From: Spirochaetia bacterium
GTDB taxonomy: Bacteria > Spirochaetota > Spirochaetia > UBA9216
Assembly: GCA_963677925.2 (NCBI GenBank)
Contig: CAXXYH010000004.1
Span: 768,001 to 832,000, forward strand
Direction of reading: 5' to 3'
Length of the DNA: 64,000 nt
Shown here: positions 38,159 to 46,578 of the stretch, in pieces
Layout of the letters: each line of letters begins with the position of its first letter
Position numbering within the stretch: the first letter of the stretch is position 1
Notes under the pieces: model-generated
Seen by the model: the letters and a program-made list of their open reading frames with translations, nothing else
What the model was told of the DNA's origin: nothing
Database searches by the model: none
Made by a program: the position numbers and the translations under genes

Positions 38159-39280
38159 ATGGACCCAATAATGTATGATATCAGCAGAAGGCTCGGGCCG
38201 GATGAGCTGAAAAAACAAAGCAGAAATATCGGAAAGAATGAATTAATTCAGATTGTAGCTGAATATTCAGATCACTTTGTCGGCATCCTCAATGATGCAA
38301 GGCAGTTCGTATACATCAACGAGGCATATTTTAAAAATAATGCTCATCTTGCAGATCTGATCGGCTACAGACCCGGAGAGGTTTTTAAATGTATTCACTC
38401 AGAGGAACATTCAGCCGGCTGCGGCAATTCGGAAAGCTGCAGGTTCTGCTATGCCGGAAACACAATTCTGCAGACAATTTTTAAGGATGAGAAAGTAATA
38501 AATCAGGGAAGAATGCTGGTAACTCTCGATAACCGTATTTCCGCGGTTGATTTCGAGGTGAAAACAGTACCCTTCAGAATGGAAAATGAGAGGTTCATTC
38601 TGTTTTTCCTTACTGATACAAGCAGGATTAAGCAGAGCGAACTGATTGAAAGGGCCTTCTTTCATGATGTTTTAAACAGCTCGAATGTGCTTACAAGCCT
38701 GGTTTCGATCTCTAAAATATCATCAGAGTATATTGAAAATGCGGACAGAATAATCGAATCGAGTATTACTGATATTATTGAGCAGATATACTTCTTTAAA
38801 AAACTGAAAAACTCAGAGGCCGGTACATTTCATCCGGATTTTGAAGTAATTGACCTTTTAGAAGAGATTGAAGCTCTTGTAAATACTGTTAAAAATACAT
38901 CCTGGGTTGAGGGTATAGAACTCGAGCTGTCTACCGCCGGCCTGGGTGAAGAGCTTAAGACCGACAGAATAATATTCCGCAGGATAATACTCAACCTTCT
39001 GAAAAACGCTTTCGAAGCCAGCCGTCCCGGTGATGAAGTTAAGCTGGCGATCTATCTGCGTGATGATTATATTGAGATTCATGTTAACAATCCTGCTGTA
39101 ATGCCGGAGGAGGTCAGGATGCAGGTTTTTCAGAGATCGTTCAGTACGAAGGGGGAGGGCCGGGGCATAGGAACCTACAGTATTAAGCTGTTCACCGAGA
39201 ATTTTTTAAAGGGTAGGGTTGCCTTTACATCAGAGGAAGGCCGCGGCACCACCTTTGTGCTGACCCTTCCAAGGCAGTAG
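38159..39280 (+). CDS. cytoplasmic histidine kinase with Cys-rich PAS-like sensor
   Basis: FFHDVLN H-box, NLLKNAFEAS, FSTKGEGRGIG; CIH....GCG.SESCRFC. Confidence 0.88.
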   Translation: MDPIMYDISRRLGPDELKKQSRNIGKNELIQIVAEYSDHFVGILNDARQFVYINEAYFKNNAHLADLIGYRPGEVFKCIHSEEHSAGCGNSESCRFCYAGNTILQTIFKDEKVINQGRMLVTLDNRISAVDFEVKTVPFRMENERFILFFLTDTSRIKQSELIERAFFHDVLNSSNVLTSLVSISKISSEYIENADRIIESSITDIIEQIYFFKKLKNSEAGTFHPDFEVIDLLEEIEALVNTVKNTSWVEGIELELSTAGLGEELKTDRIIFRRIILNLLKNAFEASRPGDEVKLAIYLRDDYIEIHVNNPAVMPEEVRMQVFQRSFSTKGEGRGIGTYSIKLFTENFLKGRVAFTSEEGRGTTFVLTLPRQ

Positions 39281-39312
39281 AATTCTTTATCACTGGAGGA
39301 TATACTCAAGCC

Positions 39313-40149
39313 GTGAATACCGGAACATGGAATAAACTTGAAATTGTTAAGATAAGCCCTAAAGCCTGCTTTCTTTCAGAAGGGAAGGGTAAGGATATTT
39401 ATCTTCCGCCTGATGAAGTCCCGCCGTCAGCGGTGAAAGGATCTTTTATTGATGTCTTTGTGTACAATTCTGCCAAAGATGAGCTTCGGGCAACAACAAA
39501 AAAGCCCTATGCTGTCCTTGGTGAATTTGCAGCACTGGAGGTGGTGGGTAAGACTGATTTCGGAGCCTTTCTTGACTGGGGAATCGGCAAGGACCTTTTT
39601 GTGCCGAGACGCAGCATGCGCAAGGACCTTGAGACCGGTGATATGGCCGTGGTCAGAATTGTTCACGATTTTGAGGGGACCGGAGTGATTGGGACCTGTC
39701 TTCTTGATGAGTATTTTGAAACAGATACTTCTTCGCTCAAGCCTAATCAGCAGGTAGAGATGATAGTTTTCGGTTTTTCAAAGCTCGGGGCAAGGGTCAT
39801 AATTGATAATAAATACTCCGGAGTTCTGTACCGGAATGAGATATTTGAAAAGCTTTACATTGGAGATGTCCGTACCGGTTTTATTAAAAAGATCCGTGAG
39901 GACGGACTTGTCGACGCTGCTCTGCAGCCGCAGGGCTTTAAGGCGGCAAGCGACGATGCCAGGACCATCATTCTTGAATCGCTTAAAACTGCCGGAGGTT
40001 TTCTTCCTCTGCACGATAAAAGCAGTGCTGATGAGATTACGCAGGCTCTTTGTATTAGCAAGAAAATCTTTAAAAAGACTATCGGCGGCCTGTACAAGGA
40101 GCGGCTGATAGAGATAAGCGATAAAGGAATAAAGCTTATTAAGCAATGA
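39313..40149 (+). CDS. cvfB: S1 RNA-binding domain protein CvfB/YitL
   Basis: FGAFLDWGIGKDLFVP; C-terminal wHTH LPLHDKSSADEI...SKKIFKKTIGGLYK. Confidence 0.88.
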   Translation: MNTGTWNKLEIVKISPKACFLSEGKGKDIYLPPDEVPPSAVKGSFIDVFVYNSAKDELRATTKKPYAVLGEFAALEVVGKTDFGAFLDWGIGKDLFVPRRSMRKDLETGDMAVVRIVHDFEGTGVIGTCLLDEYFETDTSSLKPNQQVEMIVFGFSKLGARVIIDNKYSGVLYRNEIFEKLYIGDVRTGFIKKIREDGLVDAALQPQGFKAASDDARTIILESLKTAGGFLPLHDKSSADEITQALCISKKIFKKTIGGLYKERLIEISDKGIKLIKQ

Positions 40150-40191
40150 ATAGTCTTGCCTGATCGGCAGATTTAGAATACTTTTATTGCT

Positions 40192-40986
40192 ATGAATCAG
40201 GAACAGGTAAAAGAGATACTCCTTCAGCTTCGCGATGATATAGAAGAGTTTTCGCTGATATTTTCAGGAAAAAGCAGCAAGAAGGTTAACGGGCTTTATT
40301 ACCCCGACACCCGTGAAATAATTATTCACAATAAAAATCTGGAAAGCGATGTGCTTCTTCTGTATACGGCCATCCATGAGTTTGCCCACCATGTACATAT
40401 TACGGAATCTCCTGTCCCTGTAGGACCGAGAGCTCATACGGTAGAGTTTCGCAGAATCTTTCATGAGCTGCTGAACAAGGCTGAAGAGATGAGCCTTATC
40501 GGTAATGTGTTTGAGGCTGATCACGAGCTTGCGCTGCTTACCGAAACCATTAAGAAGAAGATGATAGGGCCTCAGGGCGATATTGCGAAACAGCTTGGCT
40601 CTGCCTTTGTACGAGCACAGGAAATATGCAGCACCAAGGGTTACCGTTTTGAAGATTATGTTGAGCGGGTGCTTCAGCTTGATACTACAACGGCAAGGAC
40701 TCTTATAAAAGCGAACAATTTTGAACTTCCGTCAGAGCTTGGTTATGAAAATATGATGCTGGTTGCTTCAGTGGCTGATGCCGAAACCCGTGAGAAGGTT
40801 CAGTCAAGCCTGATAGGAGGAAGCAGCCGTGATCTTGCAAGGGCTGCAAAGATGAAATCTGCAGCAGACGACCCTGTTGTTAGGCTTCAGAAGGAAAAAA
40901 AGCGGATCGAAAAAACCATCGACAGCCTCACAAAAAAGCTTGAGCAGGTTAATATGAACCTGTCCAGGTATGAAGAAGTCGAATAA
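40192..40986 (+). CDS. hypothetical protein with HExxH (SprT-like) domain and C-terminal coiled coil
   Basis: GLYYPDTREIIIHN...AIHEFAHH...AHTVEFRRIF. Confidence 0.7.
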   Translation: MNQEQVKEILLQLRDDIEEFSLIFSGKSSKKVNGLYYPDTREIIIHNKNLESDVLLLYTAIHEFAHHVHITESPVPVGPRAHTVEFRRIFHELLNKAEEMSLIGNVFEADHELALLTETIKKKMIGPQGDIAKQLGSAFVRAQEICSTKGYRFEDYVERVLQLDTTTARTLIKANNFELPSELGYENMMLVASVADAETREKVQSSLIGGSSRDLARAAKMKSAADDPVVRLQKEKKRIEKTIDSLTKKLEQVNMNLSRYEEVE

Positions 40987-41021
40987 AAAAGGCACCGCTG
41001 AATATCTTATTCAAGGGTGCC
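40985..41021 (-). terminator. intrinsic terminator of the psp operon
   Basis: GGCACC..TGAATA-TCT-TATTCA.GGGTGCC with an A6 tract on the left. Confidence 0.6.
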
Positions 41022-41052
41022 CTGTTCTTTATTTCCGGTGCTGTGCCCGGAA

Positions 41053-41430
41053 TTAATCCTTGTCATGAAATCTTCGATCCCAGTCTGTTTCTTTATCTGA
41101 GGTTGCATCGTCTTCCATTTTGTTGACGCGCTGTTTCAGGTTGTCAAACTCGCTTTTAATATCTTCAAAACCGTAATGTCGTCTTCCGCCGCGATCCTTA
41201 TAGTCATCATCGCTTCGTCTGCCCGAACGGTAGCCCGGTTCCATGGGGAGTACCAGTCCCATTATCAGGTATATTATAAGACAGGGCACTACGGCGCTTG
41301 CTATTGCAATCAGTATGAAAAGGAGTCTTACCATATTTACAGGGAGATCTCTCCATTCAGCAATGCCCTTGCAGACTCCGAGGATTTCACCGTGTCTGGA
41401 TCTGTATAGTTTTCTTCCGGTATAGGTCAT
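41053..41430 (-). CDS. pspC: phage shock protein C
   Basis: KLYRSRHGEILGVCKGIAEW, one TM segment, IYLIMGLVLP, coiled-coil tail. Confidence 0.88.
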   Translation of the reverse strand: MTYTGRKLYRSRHGEILGVCKGIAEWRDLPVNMVRLLFILIAIASAVVPCLIIYLIMGLVLPMEPGYRSGRRSDDDYKDRGGRRHYGFEDIKSEFDNLKQRVNKMEDDATSDKETDWDRRFHDKD

Positions 41431-41436
41431 AGTCAA

Positions 41437-41682
41437 TTACCGCTCCTTCCGTTTTTTATCGTTATACAGGGTTTCCAGGTTGTCGATTCTACGGTTTAAA
41501 TCCCGAAGACCCCTGTAAATTTCATCCATCATCTTCGCATCCTCGTCGCTCATTTTATCTCCGCGGCGGGATTTTTCCTTTCTGCCTGTTACTATCGCAA
41601 TCACCGCCAGCACGAATACAAAGGGTGCTGCGATAGCAAAAAGCGAAATTATCATTCCTGAACTAATTATTGGCCCCATCAT
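41437..41682 (-). CDS. pspB: phage shock protein B-like
   Basis: One TM plus coiled coil LNRRIDNLETL; between pspA and pspC. Confidence 0.72.
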   Translation of the reverse strand: MMGPIISSGMIISLFAIAAPFVFVLAVIAIVTGRKEKSRRGDKMSDEDAKMMDEIYRGLRDLNRRIDNLETLYNDKKRKER

Positions 41683-42343
41683 TCTTCTTTATACTCTTTT
41701 TAAGTTTTGAAAGCTCTTCTTCGATTTCGGTCTCATTTTCAAGTTTGTGAAACTCGTTTTCGTTGGTCCCGCTCTTTGAGCCGGTAAAAACCATATCTGC
41801 GTCAGCTTCCATTCTTTCAATCCGGCCTTCTAGTTCTTCGAAACGCATTGTTGCATCAACACCGGATGCGTTTCTTATAGTCTCTCTAGCCTTCTTTTTT
41901 TCGGTTGCATGAATGCTTCGCTGTATTAATATACGTCTTTTCTGTTTGACTGTCTCCAGTTTTTCTTCAAGCTGGGTAATGTTTCCCTTGCATTCATCAA
42001 TAATAGTATCAAACTGTTTAAGATCGTTTTCAAGCAGTTCAAGCTGGTTTGCGCAGGATTTTTTCTCAAGAAGAGCTTCACGGGCCAGATCGTCACGGCC
42101 TTTTTCTACTGCAAGTTTTGCCCTCGAACTCCAGCGGTCGCATTTTTCCTGGAAGTCATCTTTTTCCCGGGCCATTTTGGCCTTGTCTGCCATTGTTGCT
42201 GCGCATGATGATTTGAGTTCTACGAGTGTATCTTCCATCTCTCTAATCATCAGGTTGATCATTTTTTCAGGGTCTTCCGCCCTGTCAAGCATTGAATTGA
42301 TGTTTGAGTTAACTATGTCTTTGAATCTTGTAAAAACGCCCAT
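41663..42343 (-). CDS. pspA: phage shock protein A
   Basis: MGVFTRFKDIVNSNINSMLDRAEDPEKMINLMIREMEDTLVE; GRDDLAREAL; start ATG 42343 after GGAGG. Confidence 0.95.
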   Translation of the reverse strand: MGVFTRFKDIVNSNINSMLDRAEDPEKMINLMIREMEDTLVELKSSCAATMADKAKMAREKDDFQEKCDRWSSRAKLAVEKGRDDLAREALLEKKSCANQLELLENDLKQFDTIIDECKGNITQLEEKLETVKQKRRILIQRSIHATEKKKARETIRNASGVDATMRFEELEGRIERMEADADMVFTGSKSGTNENEFHKLENETEIEEELSKLKKSIKKNDGANN

Positions 42344-42375
42344 TTTATCCTCCATGGTTTGTTTGTACATATATA

Positions 42376-42392
42376 TGCAGATGCTGTGCCAG
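42376..42392 (-). promoter_or_regulatory. sigma54 (-24/-12) promoter of pspABC
   Basis: Minus strand CTGGCACAGCATCTGCA fits TGGCAC-N5-(T/C)TGC. Confidence 0.85.
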
Positions 42393-42538
42393 TTTTAGGA
42401 ATAACGCTGAAAAAATCAAAAAACTTCATAAAATCGGCTGTCTGACTGCACCTATGGGCTTATTCAGGCTCATTTTCAGTACATCGTTCCATAATTAAAC
42501 AGCTGTCGGGGAGGATTCTGTTACCATTTTGCTGGACC

Positions 42539-42626
42539 TGGCGAAAAAAACCAATAAAATGGTAAAAAATACCAAATAGCTAAAATAATACTGGTCAAAA
42601 TAACCATTACATGGTAAATTGTACCT
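42539..42626. promoter_or_regulatory. candidate PspF upstream activator sites
   Basis: Four TGGY-N7-ACCW dyads at 42539, 42560, 42592 and 42612. Confidence 0.65.
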
Positions 42627-42628
42627 AC

Positions 42629-43690
42629 ATGAAATTCTCAGATTTCGTTGAACGCGAAGCTCTGGGAGAATCTCCGGTATTTCTGGAATTTCAGGCAGAA
42701 CTCAGTCGGGCCGCCGGTATAAATCGATCGGTCATGATAATCGGCGAAAGGGGAACCGGAAAGGAATTAGCGGCCTCAAGGCTTCATTACCTTTCCGGAC
42801 GCTGGGAGGCTCCTTTCGTCACACTCAACTGTGCTGCTCTGCCGCCTACGCTTATTGAAACAGAACTTTTTGGACATGAAACAGGAGCGTACACCGGCGC
42901 AGGAAAAACCCGAAAAGGCCGCTTTGAAGAGGCCGACGGGGGGACCCTGTTTCTCGATGAGATAGGCCTGATCCCTCTTGAAGTACAGGAAAAGATACTC
43001 AGAGTAGTCGAATACGGCAGTTTTGAACGTGTCGGCAGTTCACGGACCATCGAAGTTGATGTCCGTATTGTTGCCGCCACCAATGAAGACATGCCGAATT
43101 TGTGCGAAGAGAACAAGTTTAAAAGGGACCTCCTGGACAGACTGTCTTTCGAGGTCCTTTTTCTTCCCCCTTTAAGAGAGCGCAGAGATGATATTATGCT
43201 TCTTGCCAGGCATTTTGCATCAAGAATGGCGTCGGAGCTGAGTCATGCCCGGATGCCCGAGTTCTCGGAAGAAGTAATTCAAAGAATGCATCAATATCCC
43301 TGGCCTGGAAACATCCGTGAGCTTAAAAACGTAGTTGAGCGCGCTGTCTACAAGTGTGAGTCGGGGCTTATTACAGATATAAATGTTGATCCTTTCAAAA
43401 ATCCCTATGAAAAGCCGGAGATTGAATACGGCGCGTCTGATGATAGAGGGGATTCAGGCTTTGAGGCTGAAAGCAGCGGGACTGCCCGCAGTCCCGGGAT
43501 TGTTGAAAAGACAGTTTCGGCTCTTCCCCCTCTTGCAGGATTTCGGGATAATATAAAAGAAATAGAAGTTGAGTACCTCCGGCGGGCCTTGTCGGAAGGA
43601 AAAAACAACCAGAAGAAAGCGGCTGATCTTCTGTCACTGTCCTATGATCAGTTCAGAGGTCTTTACCGCAAATACAGGGAGGAATTATGA
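42629..43690 (+). CDS. pspF: sigma54-dependent activator PspF
   Basis: GERGTGKEL, LHYLSGRW, ELFGHETGAYTGA, FLDEIG, WPGNIRELKNVVER, HTH LSYDQFRGL; divergent from pspA. Confidence 0.92.
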   Translation: MKFSDFVEREALGESPVFLEFQAELSRAAGINRSVMIIGERGTGKELAASRLHYLSGRWEAPFVTLNCAALPPTLIETELFGHETGAYTGAGKTRKGRFEEADGGTLFLDEIGLIPLEVQEKILRVVEYGSFERVGSSRTIEVDVRIVAATNEDMPNLCEENKFKRDLLDRLSFEVLFLPPLRERRDDIMLLARHFASRMASELSHARMPEFSEEVIQRMHQYPWPGNIRELKNVVERAVYKCESGLITDINVDPFKNPYEKPEIEYGASDDRGDSGFEAESSGTARSPGIVEKTVSALPPLAGFRDNIKEIEVEYLRRALSEGKNNQKKAADLLSLSYDQFRGLYRKYREEL

Positions 43691-44244
43691 GATTACTTGC
43701 AGAAGATACAGTTGGAGTAATAATTGATTTTCAGGACAGGCTTGTCCCACATATGCAGAAGAAGGAAGAGCTTATAAAAAATACTTCCACCCTCATTAAG
43801 GGGCTTCGTCATCTTGAGATTCCGCTGCTTGTTACCCAGCAGTACACCAGGGGCCTTGGACCAACAGTTCCCGAACTTGTTGAGGCGCTCGGCTGCAGTT
43901 CTGCCGAAGAGCTCCCGTATATTGAAAAAGGAACTTTCAGCTGTGCTGATGACCCTGCTTTTATGGAAAAATTGAAGGAAACAGGCAGGAAAAATGTACT
44001 CATCTGTGGAATCGAAGGTCATGTCTGTGTTCTTCAGACAATTACCGATCTCTGTGCAGAAGGTTATAACGTTAATGCTGTTGTTGACTGTATTTCCTCC
44101 AGAAAGGAACAGGATTATAAAACAGGAATAGAACGATACAAGTTTGAGGGCGCGATGGTTTCAGTATATGAGTCAGTACTTTTTGAACTAACCAGAACCT
44201 CAAAAAGCCCCTATTTCAAGGGGATATCCGCACTGGTAAAATAA
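43687..44244 (+). CDS. isochorismatase family hydrolase
   Basis: IIDFQDRL, TQQYTRGLG, K.TFSC, GIEGHVCVLQT. Confidence 0.9.
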   Translation: MRLLAEDTVGVIIDFQDRLVPHMQKKEELIKNTSTLIKGLRHLEIPLLVTQQYTRGLGPTVPELVEALGCSSAEELPYIEKGTFSCADDPAFMEKLKETGRKNVLICGIEGHVCVLQTITDLCAEGYNVNAVVDCISSRKEQDYKTGIERYKFEGAMVSVYESVLFELTRTSKSPYFKGISALVK

Positions 44245-44255
44245 AAGGAAGGCTT

Positions 44256-44861
44256 ATGTACAGAATCCTGTGCTACGGCGATTCAAATACCTGGGGAGTT
44301 AACCCTGTTTCCGGCCTCCGTTTTGCGTTCGGCGAGCGGTGGCCCGGTGTGATGGCAAATGAACTGGGGGCCGGCTTTGAGATAATCGAAGATGGTGTAA
44401 ACGGCAGAACCGTCACAGGGCAGGAGGAGTATTTCTCTGATGCCCTGGTTGATAATTTTCCGCTTGATGCGGTGATTATTTTTCTGGGGGTTAACGATCT
44501 CTGCCTGAACCCCGAATGCCCTGTGAATGATGTGGTCAGGGCTTCTTCGGCCTTTATCAGAACTCTGGAAAAAACCAGCGAAGACACCGGCTTTGTGAAA
44601 CCGGAAATGATTTTGATTTCGCCGGTGCCTCTTAATAATGATGAGGTGCCGGACGGGTATTATGAAACAGAAACCCGTAAAGTTCTGGAACTTGGTACAC
44701 AGCTTGGAACGCTTGCCTCCGCTATGAAATGCGGATTCATTAATTCAGGCGGAATAATTAAAAGCTCTCCGATTGACGGAATACATCTTGAGGCGGATGC
44801 CCACCGGAAACTGGGATCCGCTGCGGCTGAATACCTGAAGGCCTTTCTGAAAATCAGCTGA
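44256..44861 (+). CDS. SGNH/GDSL hydrolase
   Basis: CYGDSNTWG, GVNGRT, LGVND, DGIH. Confidence 0.9.
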   Translation: MYRILCYGDSNTWGVNPVSGLRFAFGERWPGVMANELGAGFEIIEDGVNGRTVTGQEEYFSDALVDNFPLDAVIIFLGVNDLCLNPECPVNDVVRASSAFIRTLEKTSEDTGFVKPEMILISPVPLNNDEVPDGYYETETRKVLELGTQLGTLASAMKCGFINSGGIIKSSPIDGIHLEADAHRKLGSAAAEYLKAFLKIS

Positions 44862-44886
44862 CTCCTGCCGGATCTTATCCAGTGTT

Positions 44887-45810
44887 TCAGTCGGCCTTTT
44901 TATCCTTATCTTCTTCTCTGCTGTCAGATTTTGAAAAATCCCTCATTGTGCTCCGAAGCTGGGTAAGAAGTTTGTAGCTTCTCTCATGTTCCTTTCCGGA
45001 AATCCTCCATGTTTTCATGTTGGAAAGCTGCCTGCGGTATTTTGTCTCCATACGGATGAGAGCTTTCTCTATTTTATCGAGAGCCTTTCCCCGGTTGTAG
45101 TCTCCGTCGTAGCCTCCGAAGTCGTATTCAAGAACGTCGTTTCCATAACGAATTTCACCCCGGAATGCACGGTAGACATTGAGTTTGATTCCCTTGGCCG
45201 CGTACTGAAGCCTGCCTTCCTTCTCGTAACGGCGGACACTGACCTTTACATGGGTTGAGTTCAGGTAGCGCAGGGGGCGGTGATCCGACGCGCGTTTTAC
45301 CAGATCGTTGTCTTCGGCAACCTTGATGGTTTCATCGAAACCTCCGATTCTGTCAAAAAGTCTTTTAGTAATAAATATGCAGAAACCGAATGCCATCGGA
45401 TTTATTCTGAGGTTTGCCATTACTGTAAGGTTGATAACATTATGGATCACCCGGTCAAGCTGAATGTCGGACATCGGTCTTATTGCACAGGTTGCGACAT
45501 CGATATATCTTTCCTGCATTTCGTTATACAGGTTTTTAAGAAAATGTTCGGGGATAACGACATCGGCATCAAGGAATACAAGGAATTCTCCTTTTGCAGC
45601 CCTTGCTCCTGCATTTCGTCCCGGCCCCGGCATTCCGCCGTCGACAACCCTGGCTCCGTAGCCGGCAGCGATTTCCCTGGTTCCGTCAGTGGAAAAGGCG
45701 TCAGCAACGATTACCTCATAATCATCAAAATCCTGATTCTTTATGCTTTCAAGAAGTACTGGAAGAAACTTTTCTTCATTCTTTGCGGGTATTATTACAC
45801 TGATTTTCAT
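44887..45810 (-). CDS. glycosyltransferase family 2
   Basis: ISVIIPAKNEE, STDGT, RNAGA, FLDAD, GGFDE...ED. Confidence 0.92.
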   Translation of the reverse strand: MKISVIIPAKNEEKFLPVLLESIKNQDFDDYEVIVADAFSTDGTREIAAGYGARVVDGGMPGPGRNAGARAAKGEFLVFLDADVVIPEHFLKNLYNEMQERYIDVATCAIRPMSDIQLDRVIHNVINLTVMANLRINPMAFGFCIFITKRLFDRIGGFDETIKVAEDNDLVKRASDHRPLRYLNSTHVKVSVRRYEKEGRLQYAAKGIKLNVYRAFRGEIRYGNDVLEYDFGGYDGDYNRGKALDKIEKALIRMETKYRRQLSNMKTWRISGKEHERSYKLLTQLRSTMRDFSKSDSREEDKDKKAD

Positions 45811-45896
45811 AATTATAATTTAACTCATTTATATACTGCCGGCTACAGAATTTAAAAATGGAAGCCTTATTCTCTTTATGCTAAAATACCGGGCAT

Positions 45897-46562
45897 ATGG
45901 TAAATAATAAATATAAACAATTGATAGTCGATACCGGCATAGAAATGCTTGAGAAGGGTATAACAGTCGGCACCTGGGGAAATATCAGCTGCCGAGATCC
46001 GGAGACCGGGCTGATGTATATAAGCCCAAGCGGGGTGGATTATTCGGTGATTACCCCTGACCTGGTTGTTGTAATGGATACAGATCTTAATCTTGTTGAG
46101 GGGAAGGCGGAACCCTCTGTGGAGAAGCACATGCATGCGGCTGTTCTGAAGGCCAGACCTGATGTAAACGCTGTTATACATACACATCCGGTGTATTCCA
46201 GTGCGTTCGGTGCGGCAGAAAAGCCGCTGCCGGCGGTAAGCGAGGACTTTGTACAGATTGCAGGTGCAGAGATTCAGGTTGCGCTTCCGTATGAACTGCC
46301 GGGCACCGCTGAACTGGGTGATGCAGCGGTAAGGGCTCTGGGCCGGAACAATGCGGTACTGCTGCCCGGACATGGAGCCCTTGTGACGGGACGTGATATG
46401 AAAACGGCCCTCAAGGTCAGCCTGGTGCTTGAGAAAAACGCCCAGATCTATTTGTTTGCAAAACTGCTAGGCGGTGATGTACGGAAGTTCAGCAATGAAG
46501 AGATTGATATCATGCAGGATTTTGCCAAAAACAAATACGGAAAGAAAAACAGCAGCCTTTAA
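45897..46562 (+). CDS. class II aldolase/adducin family protein (fuculose-phosphate aldolase-like)
   Basis: GTWGNIS, PSG, PSVE..MH, VIHTHP, LPGHG. Confidence 0.9.
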   Translation: MVNNKYKQLIVDTGIEMLEKGITVGTWGNISCRDPETGLMYISPSGVDYSVITPDLVVVMDTDLNLVEGKAEPSVEKHMHAAVLKARPDVNAVIHTHPVYSSAFGAAEKPLPAVSEDFVQIAGAEIQVALPYELPGTAELGDAAVRALGRNNAVLLPGHGALVTGRDMKTALKVSLVLEKNAQIYLFAKLLGGDVRKFSNEEIDIMQDFAKNKYGKKNSSL

Positions 46563-46578
46563 ACCGGCTGGTTGTTGC

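Noticed and set aside
42539-42626. Regularly spaced short repeats as a possible CRISPR or iteron array
   Set aside because: Only 15-bp degenerate dyads with 5-17 bp gaps; better explained as PspF binding sites
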